Positions 1 through 9,761 are shown, counted from the first letter of the stretch. The stretch is DNA of 64,000 nt from Capsulimonadaceae bacterium (GCA_965215505.1 OZ244065.1:3008001-3072000), one strand, 5' to 3'. The notes: generated by a model from the sequence alone, not told the origin. A program made the numbers and translations.

Positions 1-159
1 GCCCCGACGACCGTACAACCACAAAGCCTCCAATACAGACAACTTCCCGACGTTGTTCTTCCCGACGATCAGGTTCACCCGCCCTAGCTTCTCGATTCGC
101 AGGTGCTTGAAGGCGCGAAAGTTTTTGATCTCTAGGGAGTCCAGCACAAGTTTCGACAT
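1..159 (-). CDS. AAA_15/AAA_21-type ABC ATPase, 5' part (runs off window start)
   Basis: Manual translation MSKLVLDSLEIKNFRAFKHLRIEKLGRVNLIVGKNNVGKLSVLEAL shows the typical N-terminus and a Walker A-like motif; not in the ORF track. Confidence 0.75.
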   Translation of the reverse strand, partial: MSKLVLDSLEIKNFRAFKHLRIEKLGRVNLIVGKNNVGKLSVLEALWLYGRRG

Positions 160-293
160 GGCGAGCATCCTCCGGGGGCCGCGCAGGCGGCGTCTTCCCC
201 TGCCATTGTAGCACCGGGGGCGGGCGGCGTCAAGGCGCGTCTTGGCGATGGGGTATACTTGCCTCTCGGGCGTAGGGAGAGGAGGGCAGCCGG

Positions 294-701
294 ATGGAGA
301 TCATGCGGGCGGAGTCGGGGACGACGAAGCGGGGGAACGAGGCGTACTTTTCGGGCGTGGTCTGGCTGGACGAGGTCATCAAGTCGCCGCCGGAGACGGG
401 GGTGAACGTCTTCCGCGTGACCTTCACACCGGGGGCGCGGACGGCCTGGCACACGCACCCAAAGGGGCAGATACTGCACATCGAGGCGGGCGCGGGGCGG
501 GTCCAGACGTGGGGCGGGGTGGTCCAGGAGGTCAAACCCGGCGACACGGTCTATTTCGCGCCTGGTGAGAAGCACTGGCACGGGGCGACGCCGGACCGAC
601 TGATGGTGCATCTGGCGATCCAGCCGGTCGAGGCGGGCGTGGACGCCGTGTGGCTGGAACAGGTGACGGACGCAGAGTATGCGGCGGGGGCGGCGGGCTA
701 G
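294..701 (+). CDS. Cupin domain protein
   Basis: VTFTPGARTAWHTHPKGQ and PGEKHWHGA cupin motifs. Confidence 0.9.
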   Translation: MEIMRAESGTTKRGNEAYFSGVVWLDEVIKSPPETGVNVFRVTFTPGARTAWHTHPKGQILHIEAGAGRVQTWGGVVQEVKPGDTVYFAPGEKHWHGATPDRLMVHLAIQPVEAGVDAVWLEQVTDAEYAAGAAG

Positions 702-759
702 GAGCGGGCTGAGTGTGGGAACAGGGGCGGCGGGAGCGTCGTCTTGTGATAAGAACAGA

Positions 760-812
760 GCCACGGGTTGGAACCCGAGGCTGGGGAAAGGCCCACCGTC
801 CAGGGGACGTAA
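760..812. repeat. REP-like family B (GCCACGGGTTGNAACCCGNGGC plus inner GTCCAGGGGAC hairpin)
   Basis: Palindrome; related copy at 3225-3420. Confidence 0.65.
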
Positions 813-854
813 AGGCGAGGACATAGGACAAGAATCAGGGGGCGGGGATAGGAG

Positions 855-875
855 GGCGGGGGGACCCCGCCCCTA
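855..875. repeat. GTAG-type REP hairpin
   Basis: GGGCGGGGGGACCCCGCCCCTAC; about 12 related sites in the window. Confidence 0.7.
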
Positions 876-998
876 CAGAACCCTGACCTCTTTCAACCCG
901 TGGTACATCCGTGGCAGAGCCTGCGTTGCAGCGGCAAGGTATACTCGAAGGATTCGGAAGAGAGTTCGGGCGGTCCCGACGGGGAGCAGTAATCGCGT

Positions 999-2843
999 AT
1001 GTGTGGAATCACGGGCTATGTGGGCGGGCGCGAGCGCAGCGTCCGGCTGGTGCTGGACAACCTGAAGCGGCTGGAATACCGGGGCTACGACTCGGCGGGG
1101 GTCGCCGTCGTCAAGCCGGGCGCGGAGGGCGTCACGGTCCTCAAGAAGAAGGGTAAGCTCGGCAACTTGGAGGCCGCCTTGGACGGCCTGGGGCAGTCAT
1201 CGGGGACAGTCATCGCGCACACACGCTGGGCGACGCACGGCAGGCCAAACGATGTCAACGCGCACCCGCACACGGACTGCACGGGGCGCATCGCGCTGAT
1301 CCACAACGGCATCATCGAGAACTACATCGGGCTGAAAGAGCGGCTGACGGCGGCGGGGCACGTCTTCACCAGTGACACCGACACGGAGGTGCTGGCGCAC
1401 CTGATTGAGTCGCACCTGGCCTCGGCGGGGTCGCTCGAAGCGGCCATCCGAAAGGCGCTGTCCGAAGTGACGGGGGCCTATGCGATCTGCGTCGTTTCCA
1501 GCGACGAGCCTGACGTCATCTACGCGGCCAAGACCGCCTCGCCGCTCATCATCGGGCTGGGCGAGGGCGAGAACTTCCTGGCCTCGGACATCCCCGCCGT
1601 CATGGGCTACACGCGCGACGTGCTGGTGCTGGAAGACGGCGACTTTGCGCGCATCACGCCCGCCGGGGTCGTGCTGACGACACTGGACGGCGGTCCGCTG
1701 CACCGGGACATTTTCCATGTCACCTGGGACGTCTCCACGGCGCAGAAAGGTGGATACGCCCACTTCATGCTGAAGGAGATATACGACCAGCCGCAGGCCA
1801 TCCGCGACACTCTGCGGGGCCGGACGACCGGGGCGCATCAGGTCACTCTGCCGGAGCTGAAGCTGCCGACGAGCAAGCTGGTCCAGTTCAACCGCATCGT
1901 CATCGTCGCCTGCGGGACGGCCTACCATGCGGGGCTGGCGGGCAAGAACTTCTACGAACACCTGCTGCGCCGCCCGGTCGAGGTGCAGGTGGCGAGCGAG
2001 TTCCGCTACAATGACCCCATCGTGGACTCCCAGACACTGGCCATCATCATCTCCCAGTCGGGCGAGACGGCGGACACGCTGGCGGCCTTGCGTGAGGCGA
2101 AGATCAAGGGTGCGACGACATTGGCCCTGGTCAACGTCGTCGGGTCTTCCATCGCCCGCGAGGCGGACGAGGTTTTGTACACCTACGCCGGGCCGGAGAT
2201 CTGCGTGGCGTCTACCAAAGCCTATGTCACCCAGCTCATCGGCCTGTACCTGCTCGGGCTTTACATCGCGCAGGAAGAGAACAAGCTGGGGCCGGGCGTG
2301 GTCGCCGCCTATGTCGAGCAGCTCCAGCGCCTGCCGGAGCAGGTGGCGGAGATACTCGCCGACACCAGCACGGTCCAGGCCGTCGCGGGCCAGTACGCGC
2401 GCTCGTCCTCGTTCTTCTTCCTCGGGCGCGGCAACGACTACGCCGTCGCGCAGGAGGGTGCCCTGAAGCTCAAAGAGGTCTCCTACATCCACGCCGAGGC
2501 CTACCCCGCCGGCGAGCTGAAGCACGGCCCGCTGGCCCTTGTCGAGCCGGGCGTCTCGGTGGTCTGCATCGCGACCCAGTCCGCGCTGTACGACAAGATC
2601 CAGTCCAGCGTCAAGGAGGTCAAGGCCCGCGACGGCGCGGCCATCGGCATCGTCAAGGCGGGCGACGAGGGCCTGGACGAGAACTTCGTGGACAGCATTT
2701 TGCGCGTCCCGGCCACCCACGACACCTTCATGCCCGTCCTGTCCATCGTCCCGATGCAGCTCTTGGCCTACTACATCGCCGCCGATCTTGGGCGGGAGAT
2801 AGACCAGCCGCGCAACCTGGCGAAGTCGGTGACGGTGGAATAG
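999..2843 (+). CDS. glmS: Glutamine--fructose-6-phosphate aminotransferase
   Basis: MCGITG N-terminus, HTRWATHG, C-terminal QPRNLAKSVTVE. Confidence 0.98.
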   Translation: MCGITGYVGGRERSVRLVLDNLKRLEYRGYDSAGVAVVKPGAEGVTVLKKKGKLGNLEAALDGLGQSSGTVIAHTRWATHGRPNDVNAHPHTDCTGRIALIHNGIIENYIGLKERLTAAGHVFTSDTDTEVLAHLIESHLASAGSLEAAIRKALSEVTGAYAICVVSSDEPDVIYAAKTASPLIIGLGEGENFLASDIPAVMGYTRDVLVLEDGDFARITPAGVVLTTLDGGPLHRDIFHVTWDVSTAQKGGYAHFMLKEIYDQPQAIRDTLRGRTTGAHQVTLPELKLPTSKLVQFNRIVIVACGTAYHAGLAGKNFYEHLLRRPVEVQVASEFRYNDPIVDSQTLAIIISQSGETADTLAALREAKIKGATTLALVNVVGSSIAREADEVLYTYAGPEICVASTKAYVTQLIGLYLLGLYIAQEENKLGPGVVAAYVEQLQRLPEQVAEILADTSTVQAVAGQYARSSSFFFLGRGNDYAVAQEGALKLKEVSYIHAEAYPAGELKHGPLALVEPGVSVVCIATQSALYDKIQSSVKEVKARDGAAIGIVKAGDEGLDENFVDSILRVPATHDTFMPVLSIVPMQLLAYYIAADLGREIDQPRNLAKSVTVE

Positions 2844-2855
2844 ACACGGTTGCCC

Positions 2856-3194
2856 ATGGGAGAGTCAGCCGCAGGCTTATTGGACACAGCATTCGACGTA
2901 GCGCGCCGTTACAAGAGCTTTGACTCCTACGGGTCGGAGGCGGCGGCTGTTCGGGCGCTCCATCGGCGGTGTTCAGGCTCCAGCAAAGAGCAATACCGGG
3001 AGGCTTTTCAGCAGGCGGTCTTCTTGCTTGAAGTCGTGGCCGAAACCATCGCCAAGCATGGGAACCACTTGACTCTGGATACACCTGATGTTGCGAGCCT
3101 TGTAGTGAGCGAGATACGCCAGCGCTGCCCCGACTTTGGCCTCTCGATCTGTCGGTCGGCGATGAGTTGGATGTTCTACTGGCACTCTCTGTAG
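2856..3194 (+). CDS. Hypothetical protein (lower GC)
   Basis: Clean ORF directly after glmS; no recognisable motif. Confidence 0.6.
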   Translation: MGESAAGLLDTAFDVARRYKSFDSYGSEAAAVRALHRRCSGSSKEQYREAFQQAVFLLEVVAETIAKHGNHLTLDTPDVASLVVSEIRQRCPDFGLSICRSAMSWMFYWHSL

Positions 3195-3224
3195 GAACTG
3201 TAGGAAGGGGCGATTGCCAGGGAA

Positions 3225-3420
3225 GCGCCACGGGTTGAAACCCGTGGCACCGAAGTTCCCAGCGTCCAGGGGACGCAAGAGGGAGATGATCGTGTAGGGG
3301 CGGGGTCCCCCCGCCCTCCGGATGTTCCCCGCTCTCCTGTCCTGTCTTTACGTCGCTTCGACGGTGGGCTTTTCGGTGCCTCATCCCATCAAAGTCCTGG
3401 GTTTTAACCCGTGGCGCCCC
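3225..3420. repeat. Family B REP doublet with a nested GTAG REP (3293-3316)
   Basis: GCGCCACGGGTTGAAACCCGTGGC ... GGGTTTTAACCCGTGGCGC inverted ends. Confidence 0.7.
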
Positions 3421-3452
3421 TCTGGGGGTTGACACCACGCAACAAAGAGTAT

Positions 3453-4013
3453 ATGAAGCGAACACACCGAGTCATCATTGCCATTTGGCTTCTTCTAGTC
3501 GCCTTCACACTGATCGTGGCGGATTCCCAGTTCGGCGGCCTGAAGTTCGCCAGCCGTCGCGCGAACGTTCTGGCCGGCTTCATTGCACTCTGGCTGCCGG
3601 TCGTGTGCGTCGCGCTGCTCGGCTTCCTGCCCCGCAGCAGAAAGCGGCTGTGGGCGTTTGTCTTCCTCACCCCGGCGGCTCTGCTCTGCCTCGTCCTCGG
3701 CTCAGTCGTCGGCCTCGTTCAAAGCTCCGCGTCATGGACGCGGCAGGGCAGCGTTAGACTCGGTGGTTCGGGGATCGTCAACTATTTCAGCGATGCCGGA
3801 GCCTGGGACAGCGGCGAGGTCGCCGTCCAACAGGAGGTCAGGCTGCTGCCGGGCCTGCTCTGGGTCAAACCACTCTCTCAGAAGGCGTGCCTGCGCGATG
3901 TGTCTGTCGTTGTGGTGGACCGTCACCATGTCCGGTGCGACTATGCCGCCGACAGGTCGGACACGCTCGACCCGGCCCCGGCAGCGCAGCGGGACGAGGC
4001 ATGGGTATTTTAG
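3453..4013 (+). CDS. Hypothetical membrane protein
   Basis: Three hydrophobic segments followed by a soluble domain. Confidence 0.65.
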   Translation: MKRTHRVIIAIWLLLVAFTLIVADSQFGGLKFASRRANVLAGFIALWLPVVCVALLGFLPRSRKRLWAFVFLTPAALLCLVLGSVVGLVQSSASWTRQGSVRLGGSGIVNYFSDAGAWDSGEVAVQQEVRLLPGLLWVKPLSQKACLRDVSVVVVDRHHVRCDYAADRSDTLDPAPAAQRDEAWVF

Positions 4014-4032
4014 GTGGTCGGCAACATTTCAT

Positions 4033-4061
4033 TTGACAGGCGATGCCGACAATGGTACACT
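4033..4061 (+). promoter_or_regulatory. Sigma70-type promoter
   Basis: TTGACA-N17-TACACT upstream of the GrpB gene. Confidence 0.6.
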
Positions 4062-4155
4062 GGTAATGATAACCCTGCGATGAGCAAGCCGGGCAGGCGC
4101 GGGCAAAGCACGTTCATTCCACTAAGCACGTCATTCCACGATGCGGGGGTAGACC

Positions 4156-4704
4156 GTGATGTCATCTCGGGAAGAAGAGGCCGAAAAGCACTTCGGGGTG
4201 CTGGGGCTGGCGCAGACGCAGGTGCGGCTGCACGAGCCGACGCCTCTCTGGGCGGGCCTATACTGTGAGGAGGAGGCGCGGCTGAAAGCCGCTTTGGGGC
4301 CGGCCCTGCTCGCCGTCGAGCACTACGGCAGCACGTCGGTGGGCGGCATCAAGGCCAAGCCGATCATTGACATCCTCGCGGGCATCGCGCGGCTGGAGGA
4401 CGGACCCGCCCTGATCGCGCCGCTGGCGGCCCTGGGCTACGACTACGCGGGCGACAAGGTCGTGCCGGGGCACCACATCTTCGGCAAAGGTGAGGCGCGG
4501 ACGCACCTGCTGCATGTCGTGGAGTACAAAAGCCCCATCTGGGAAGAGGCCCTGCGGTTCCGGGATGCCCTGCGGGCGGACCGGCATCTGGCGCAGGAGT
4601 ATGAGGCCCTGAAGATCACCCTGAGCGAGAAGTACGCCGAGCGCCGGGCAGACTACACGGCGGCCAAGGCGTCCTTCATCCAGTCGGTCCTGGACGGGCA
4701 TTGA
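4156..4704 (+). CDS. GrpB/UPF0157 family nucleotidyltransferase-like protein
   Basis: EHYGSTSV, AKPIIDI, FRDALR, YTAAK motifs. Confidence 0.9.
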   Translation: MMSSREEEAEKHFGVLGLAQTQVRLHEPTPLWAGLYCEEEARLKAALGPALLAVEHYGSTSVGGIKAKPIIDILAGIARLEDGPALIAPLAALGYDYAGDKVVPGHHIFGKGEARTHLLHVVEYKSPIWEEALRFRDALRADRHLAQEYEALKITLSEKYAERRADYTAAKASFIQSVLDGH

Positions 4705-4719
4705 CCGGGACGACGCAAG

Positions 4720-4756
4720 AAAGCCCCCGCCGATGTTCGGCGGGGGCTTTCTTTTT
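4720..4756. terminator. Intrinsic terminator, probably bidirectional
   Basis: AAAGCCCCCGCCGA-loop-TCGGCGGGGGCTTTCTTTTT between convergent genes. Confidence 0.8.
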
Positions 4757-4782
4757 GACCGGTGTTTCGCTGGGCGGCGAAA

Positions 4783-5001
4783 CTACATGGTCGTCTTCTT
4801 CATCATGCCGCCCTTCATGGCACCCTTCTTCATCATGCCGCCCTTCATCATGCCCTTCTTGCCCATCATTTTTTTGCCCATCATCTTCTTGCCCATCATG
4901 GGCTTCTTGGCCATGGGCTTCATGGTCGAGGTCTGGGCGAATGCGGGAACGACGAGGGTGGCGACGGCCGCGATGGCGACGATCTTGCTGACTAACTTCA
5001 T
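4783..5001 (-). CDS. Small secreted Met/Lys-rich peptide
   Basis: Signal peptide ending AFA, then KKMMG-type repeats; RBS GGAGG. Confidence 0.8.
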   Translation of the reverse strand: MKLVSKIVAIAAVATLVVPAFAQTSTMKPMAKKPMMGKKMMGKKMMGKKGMMKGGMMKKGAMKGGMMKKTTM

Positions 5002-5038
5002 GGGATGAAGCCTCCTGGGGATTGATTTCACACTCCAC

Positions 5039-5064
5039 AGCGTTCCCGCGCGGCGAAAAGTTCC
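5039..5064 (-). promoter_or_regulatory. Putative ECF sigma promoter
   Basis: GGAAC-N17-CGCT, same layout as 6605-6630. Confidence 0.6.
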
Positions 5065-5177
5065 GGCGCGAAAAAATATGTTTAAGATTTTTTCGATGTG
5101 TGGTGGAACCCGGCGCGGGGTTCGGGTGTCACAAGCATGGAAGAGCGTTTGAGAACTAGCGTTTCAGGAGGTATGGC

Positions 5178-5543
5178 ATGAGACTTTGGCAGAAACCCGC
5201 CCCCATCGTGGCGGCATCCATGCTGGCCGTGTTCGCCCTAGCGGGCTGCAACGAACACACGGACAAATTGGGCGACATCGCGCGCAACCCGTCGGGGTTC
5301 GCGAACAAGGACGTGACCGTGGCGGGCGAGGTGACGAAGGTCTACGAGCTGCCGCTGGGGATCGCGGACATCGCGGCCTACCGGGTGAACGACGGCACGG
5401 GGCAGGCCTGGGTGATCAGCCGCGCTGGTGCGCCGCGCGAGGGCGATAAGGTGGGCCTGAAGGGCACGGTGCGGCCTGAGGGCCGGATCGGCAGCGAGGT
5501 GCTGACGAACATCATCGAGGAGAAGCAGCGCAAGGTACAGTAG
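5178..5543 (+). CDS. OB-fold lipoprotein
   Basis: Lipobox LAGC; VTVAGEV...VNDGTG...GDKVGLKG OB-like pattern. Confidence 0.75.
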   Translation: MRLWQKPAPIVAASMLAVFALAGCNEHTDKLGDIARNPSGFANKDVTVAGEVTKVYELPLGIADIAAYRVNDGTGQAWVISRAGAPREGDKVGLKGTVRPEGRIGSEVLTNIIEEKQRKVQ

Positions 5544-5621
5544 GCAGGACTGCCCCACTCACAGCCTCGCTGTTGCCATCTACGGGTGGGACCTTTCTGC
5601 GCTCGCCTGAAGGCGATCACT

Positions 5622-6110
5622 TCAATAGGTGGTGTCAGTCAGGAAGATGTAGGTCTCGTGGCTCTGCCTGTCTGTGGAGAGGGAAACTGAAACCATCTCA
5701 TGGGCATACCGCCGGCAGAGCGTGGCGTTCATGTTCTGGGAGTTGACGTAGCAGGAACTCACGGCATCGTAGTTCAATCCCAGGTCGGAGAGGAGCGAGT
5801 GGTTCGGCGGCTGGAACGTGGTCAGCGTCTTGAGGTCGTAGTTGCTGGCCCCAAGTCTTTTAGCGTAATAGTCCAGAGCCTCCGCATAATGCTGGCCGGC
5901 ATGCCCCGTCAGTGTGGCAATCTGGGGGCCGTCATGGCTGGACTGGGCTATCATGCCGGGGAACATCCAGTTGCGGAGGTTGGGACGCACGGCGGTGTTA
6001 GGCTTCAGCCTGATTTCCTGGGCGTGCAGACGCGCGTGCGCCCCGGCCAGGGTCAGGGCTGCGGCCACTGCGATCAGGGGCAGGGCAAAAAGGCGCCGCT
6101 TCATGTGCAT
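5622..6110 (-). CDS. Hypothetical secreted protein
   Basis: Signal peptide MKRRLFALPLIAVAAALTLAGAHA; RBS GGAG. Confidence 0.65.
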   Translation of the reverse strand: MHMKRRLFALPLIAVAAALTLAGAHARLHAQEIRLKPNTAVRPNLRNWMFPGMIAQSSHDGPQIATLTGHAGQHYAEALDYYAKRLGASNYDLKTLTTFQPPNHSLLSDLGLNYDAVSSCYVNSQNMNATLCRRYAHEMVSVSLSTDRQSHETYIFLTDTTY

Positions 6111-6248
6111 TTCTCCATACCATTGAAAAGAAGACATCTATGAAGATGCCTGAGTTCGCTCGCGATAGAAGGCAGCCCGGCGCGTCCCAGAAGAACAGCG
6201 CCGGGCGTTTTTATGTCACACTGAGTCATCAGTCGGCGACGGGGCAGT

Positions 6249-6554
6249 CTACATCGAGCCGGGCTTGGACATCATCGGCTTCTTGGGGGCGACCTTGCGG
6301 GTGTAGCCCTTCACCGTGACCATCTTGCCGGTCTTGGTCATCTTGGTGTAGCCCTTGACGGTGGTCATCTTCGGCGTGGGCGTCTTGGCCTTGCGGTCGT
6401 AGCCCTTGACCTGGACGACCTTGCCGGTCTTGGTGGTCTTGGTGTAGCCCTTGACGTGGGTCCCGGCGGGGGCGGGCATCTGGGCGAACGCGGCGGTGGC
6501 GGTGAACACGGCGGCGAGGCCGAGCGCGGAGAGGAGGCGGGCGAATGTCTTCAT
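6249..6554 (-). CDS. Small secreted Lys/Thr-rich protein with four VKGY repeats
   Basis: Signal peptide; duplicated VKGYTKxTKTGKxVxVKGY unit. Confidence 0.75.
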   Translation of the reverse strand: MKTFARLLSALGLAAVFTATAAFAQMPAPAGTHVKGYTKTTKTGKVVQVKGYDRKAKTPTPKMTTVKGYTKMTKTGKMVTVKGYTRKVAPKKPMMSKPGSM

Positions 6555-6604
6555 GGGTCTGGTCCTTAAAGCCTGCGGAGGCGTGTAGTGGGTATGGCCC
6601 AGGA

Positions 6605-6630
6605 AGCGACGAAGCACGCAGAAAAGTTCC
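6605..6630 (-). promoter_or_regulatory. Putative ECF sigma promoter
   Basis: GGAAC-N17-CGCT; a divergent TGAAC-N18-CGCT at 6631-6657 faces the ECF gene. Confidence 0.6.
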
Positions 6631-6695
6631 TGAACTATTTTGCGGAGTCGCGGCGCTTTTCGCCTCGCGAACGACACTCAGACTATGAACGCGCT

Positions 6696-7256
6696 ATGAA
6701 CATGGCCGAATGGGAGGATGACGATCATCTGGCGGTGCGCTGCCAGTCGGAGGGGGACTCCCGTGCGCTGGAAACCCTGTTCCGCCGCCACATCGAGGCG
6801 ACTTATGCCTTCGCCCGGCGCTTCCTGCCGACACGCGAGGACGCCGAGGAGGCCGCCTCGGAGACGTGGCTGCGGGCGGGCCGCGCGCTCAGGGCCGGGA
6901 ACTGGCGCGGCGAGAGCCGCTTCAAGACCTGGCTGCTCGGCATCGCCCGGCGCGTCTGCCTGGAGCGGCTGCGCCAGCCGCGCCTCCCCACCCTCTCGCT
7001 CTCGGGGCTGACCGAGCGGGGCGACTGGGTGCTGTTCTCGCCCGGCCCGGAGGCCGTGTCGGACTTGGATGAGGCTCTGGCCTCGCTCTCCGACGACCAC
7101 CGGCTGGTCCTGACCCTGTGCGACCTGCAAGGCCAGACGGCCGCCGAGGCCGCCGGGATTCTGGGCCGGACGGCATCGGCCACGAAGTCTCTGCACGGGC
7201 GCGCCCGCCGCGCCCTGCGGGACGCGCTTGAAGCATTACGGAAAGAGGACTCATGA
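6696..7256 (+). CDS. ECF RNA polymerase sigma factor
   Basis: Region 2 (DAEEAASE, FKTWLLGIARR) and region 4 HTH. Confidence 0.9.
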   Translation: MNMAEWEDDDHLAVRCQSEGDSRALETLFRRHIEATYAFARRFLPTREDAEEAASETWLRAGRALRAGNWRGESRFKTWLLGIARRVCLERLRQPRLPTLSLSGLTERGDWVLFSPGPEAVSDLDEALASLSDDHRLVLTLCDLQGQTAAEAAGILGRTASATKSLHGRARRALRDALEALRKEDS

Positions 7257-7531
7257 CCGAGGACGAGCGGGACGAGATGATTGACCTGTATGTTGACGAC
7301 GCCCTGCCTGAGTCATTGCGGGCGCGCGTGGAGGAGCATCTGAACGCGCACCCGGAAGAGGCCGCCGATGCTGCCGCCCTGCGCGCGACCGTCGCCCGTC
7401 TTCAGGCGGCCCCGGCCGAGCGGCCCGACGAGTGGTTCGTCGAGCGTGCCCTAGACCGCCTGCTGCGCGAACACAGTGAGGCGCAGCCGACCGTCCGAGC
7501 AGGGAGAGGCGGCATCAGAACGAGTGATTGA
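7253..7531 (+). CDS. Anti-sigma factor (zf-HC2-like, Cys-less)
   Basis: ATGA overlap with the ECF gene; YVDDAL...VEEHL motif; stop codon lies inside a REP. Confidence 0.7.
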   Translation: MTEDERDEMIDLYVDDALPESLRARVEEHLNAHPEEAADAAALRATVARLQAAPAERPDEWFVERALDRLLREHSEAQPTVRAGRGGIRTSD

Positions 7532-7652
7532 AATCACTCGCTGATTGAAGAAGCGTCCAGGGGACGCGTGAGCGGCAAAGGCCATTGCCGCGTCCTAGTT
7601 TTCTGTCCCCTGGACAGATCCAGCGACAGCGAGTGATTTCATTCACTCGTCC
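7520..7652. repeat. REP/REPIN family A, copy 1
   Basis: GAGTGATTNNNATCACTC outer hairpins and GTCCAGGGGAC inner hairpins, inverted arrangement; four copies. Confidence 0.85.
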
Positions 7653-7697
7653 TTAGTGCGTCCCTCTCGTCCCTGACAGCGCGGCACATCACGCACC

Positions 7698-9761
7698 ATG
7701 CTACTCTACGCCGTCACCATCTTCCTGAGCGCCTTCCTGCTGTTCCAGATCGAGCCGATCATCGCCAAGAGCATCGTGCCGTGGTTCGGCGGGTCGGCGG
7801 CGGTCTGGACGACCTGCCTGCTGTTCTTCCAGCTCGTCCTGCTGGGCGGCTATCTCTACGCACACGGGACGATCAGATATTTACAGCCCAAAGCACAGGC
7901 GCGGCTGCACATCGGGCTGCTGGCCCTGAGCCTGCTGGCCCTCCACGTCCTGCCGCGCGAGAGCCTGAAGCCGACGGGGGCCGAGGAGCCGACGCGGGCG
8001 ATCCTGCTGCTGCTGCTGGCGACGGTCGGGCTGCCGTACCTGCTGCTGTCCACGACCGGGCCGCTGCTCCAGGCCTGGTACGCCGCCCGGCCCCCGGCGG
8101 GTCAGGCGGCGGCCTTCCCGTACCGGCTGTACGCGCTGTCAAACTTCGGCTCTTTGCTTGCCCTGCTCTCCTACCCTGTGGCGGTAGAGCCGGTCCTGAC
8201 GATTCGGCAGCAGGGATTGCTTTGGTCGGTCGGCTATGCCGCCTTCGCCGCGCTGTGCGGCGTCGTCGCCTGGCGGTCGCAGTCGGGGATGAGGGCGCGG
8301 ACAGAAGAAGGCACGGAAGACGCGCCCGCGCCGGGCTGGGGGCTGTCCCTCGTCTGGGTCGCCCTGGCCGCCGTCGCCTCGGCCCTGCTGCTGGCCGTGA
8401 CGAACTACCTGACCCAGAACGTCGCCGCCATCCCGTTCCTGTGGGTGCTGCCGCTCTCGCTCTATCTGCTGACCTTTATCGTCTGCTTCGGCGGCAAGGG
8501 CTGGCGCTGGACGCCCGCCTTCCTGCCGCTGCCCGCGCTGGCAATTGCGGCGATGAGCTACGCCCTGTCGCCGGACTTGCAGGAGGCCAGCACGGGCATC
8601 GCCGTCCTGGTGCCGCTGTTCTGCGGCGGGCTGTTCGTCTGCTGCCTGCTCTGCCACGGAGAGTTGTCCCGCCTGAAACCGCCCCCGCGCCACCTGACGC
8701 AGTTTTACTTGATGGTTTCCATCGGCGGCGCGGCGGGCGGCCTGTTCGTCGGGCTGCTCGCGCCCACGCTGTTTCGCGGCTCGTATGAGTTGCCCATCAC
8801 GCTGGCCGCCTGCGGCGTGGTCGCCCTGCTGGCCCTGTACCGCGAGACAGGCGAGGGGCTGGCCCGGCAGCTCACACAGCCCTCGTTCCTGGTCATGGCG
8901 GCGCTCACGGTGGGCCTAATGGTCTTCCTGACGCACACGGTCAAGCAGATCACGGACGGCAACCGAGTCATCGCGCGCAACTTCTACGGCGTCCTGCGCG
9001 TCGTGGACCCTGACGACCCGGCGGCGTTGGGCGCAACGCGGTCGCTGGCAAACGGCATGATCAACCACGGCGAGCAGTTCCTGGACCCCAAGCGGGCGAT
9101 GACGCCGACCACCTATTACGGCCCACAGTCGGGCATCGGCATGGCGATCAAGGAAGCGCAGGCGCATGGGCCGGTCCATGTCGGGGTGATCGGCCTGGGC
9201 ACGGGGACGATCGCCGCCTACGGCCGTGCGGGAGATGCCTATGAGTTCTACGACATCAACCCTCTGGTGATCACGCTGGCCCGGACGCAGTTCACGTTCC
9301 TGTCGGGTTCCAAGGCCGCCGTCTCGGTGGTCGCGGGCGACGCCCGGCTGTCATTGGAGCGGCAGCCGCCACAGGGCTTTGACGTGCTGGCAGTGGACGC
9401 CTTCTCGGGGGACGCTATCCCCGTCCACCTGCTGACGAAAGAAGCCTTCGCGCTCTACTTCCGACACCTGAAGCCGGGCGGCGTGCTGGCCGTCCACGTC
9501 TCGAACCGCTATTTGGCCCTCGCCCCGGTCGTCGCCTCGGACGCTCGGGCGCTGGGCATGGAGGCCCGCGTGGTCAGCAGCGGGTCCGACGAGGCCGACG
9601 ACACGAGTGACGCCGAATGGGTGCTGGTATCCGCCCGGCCCGCCTTCTTCCGGTCGCCGCTGCTGGCGGCGGCGACCGTTCCTGAGACACGGCCCGGCCT
9701 GCGCGCGTGGACCGACGATTACAGCAACCTTTACTCGATCCTCAAAAAGCCGGGCGAGTAG
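7698..9761 (+). CDS. Fused membrane protein/spermidine synthase-like SAM methyltransferase
   Basis: Many TM helices, then GVIGLGTG, GDARL, DAFSGDAIPVHL, WTDDYSN. Confidence 0.88.
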   Translation: MLLYAVTIFLSAFLLFQIEPIIAKSIVPWFGGSAAVWTTCLLFFQLVLLGGYLYAHGTIRYLQPKAQARLHIGLLALSLLALHVLPRESLKPTGAEEPTRAILLLLLATVGLPYLLLSTTGPLLQAWYAARPPAGQAAAFPYRLYALSNFGSLLALLSYPVAVEPVLTIRQQGLLWSVGYAAFAALCGVVAWRSQSGMRARTEEGTEDAPAPGWGLSLVWVALAAVASALLLAVTNYLTQNVAAIPFLWVLPLSLYLLTFIVCFGGKGWRWTPAFLPLPALAIAAMSYALSPDLQEASTGIAVLVPLFCGGLFVCCLLCHGELSRLKPPPRHLTQFYLMVSIGGAAGGLFVGLLAPTLFRGSYELPITLAACGVVALLALYRETGEGLARQLTQPSFLVMAALTVGLMVFLTHTVKQITDGNRVIARNFYGVLRVVDPDDPAALGATRSLANGMINHGEQFLDPKRAMTPTTYYGPQSGIGMAIKEAQAHGPVHVGVIGLGTGTIAAYGRAGDAYEFYDINPLVITLARTQFTFLSGSKAAVSVVAGDARLSLERQPPQGFDVLAVDAFSGDAIPVHLLTKEAFALYFRHLKPGGVLAVHVSNRYLALAPVVASDARALGMEARVVSSGSDEADDTSDAEWVLVSARPAFFRSPLLAAATVPETRPGLRAWTDDYSNLYSILKKPGE

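Noticed and set aside
702-998. glmS ribozyme upstream of glmS
   Set aside because: No ribozyme core is recognisable; the region is filled with REP hairpins and a TATACT -10 lies close to the start
2844-4160. Integron cassette array
   Set aside because: No attC-like RYYYAAC/GTTRRRY structures and no integrase; spacers are REP elements
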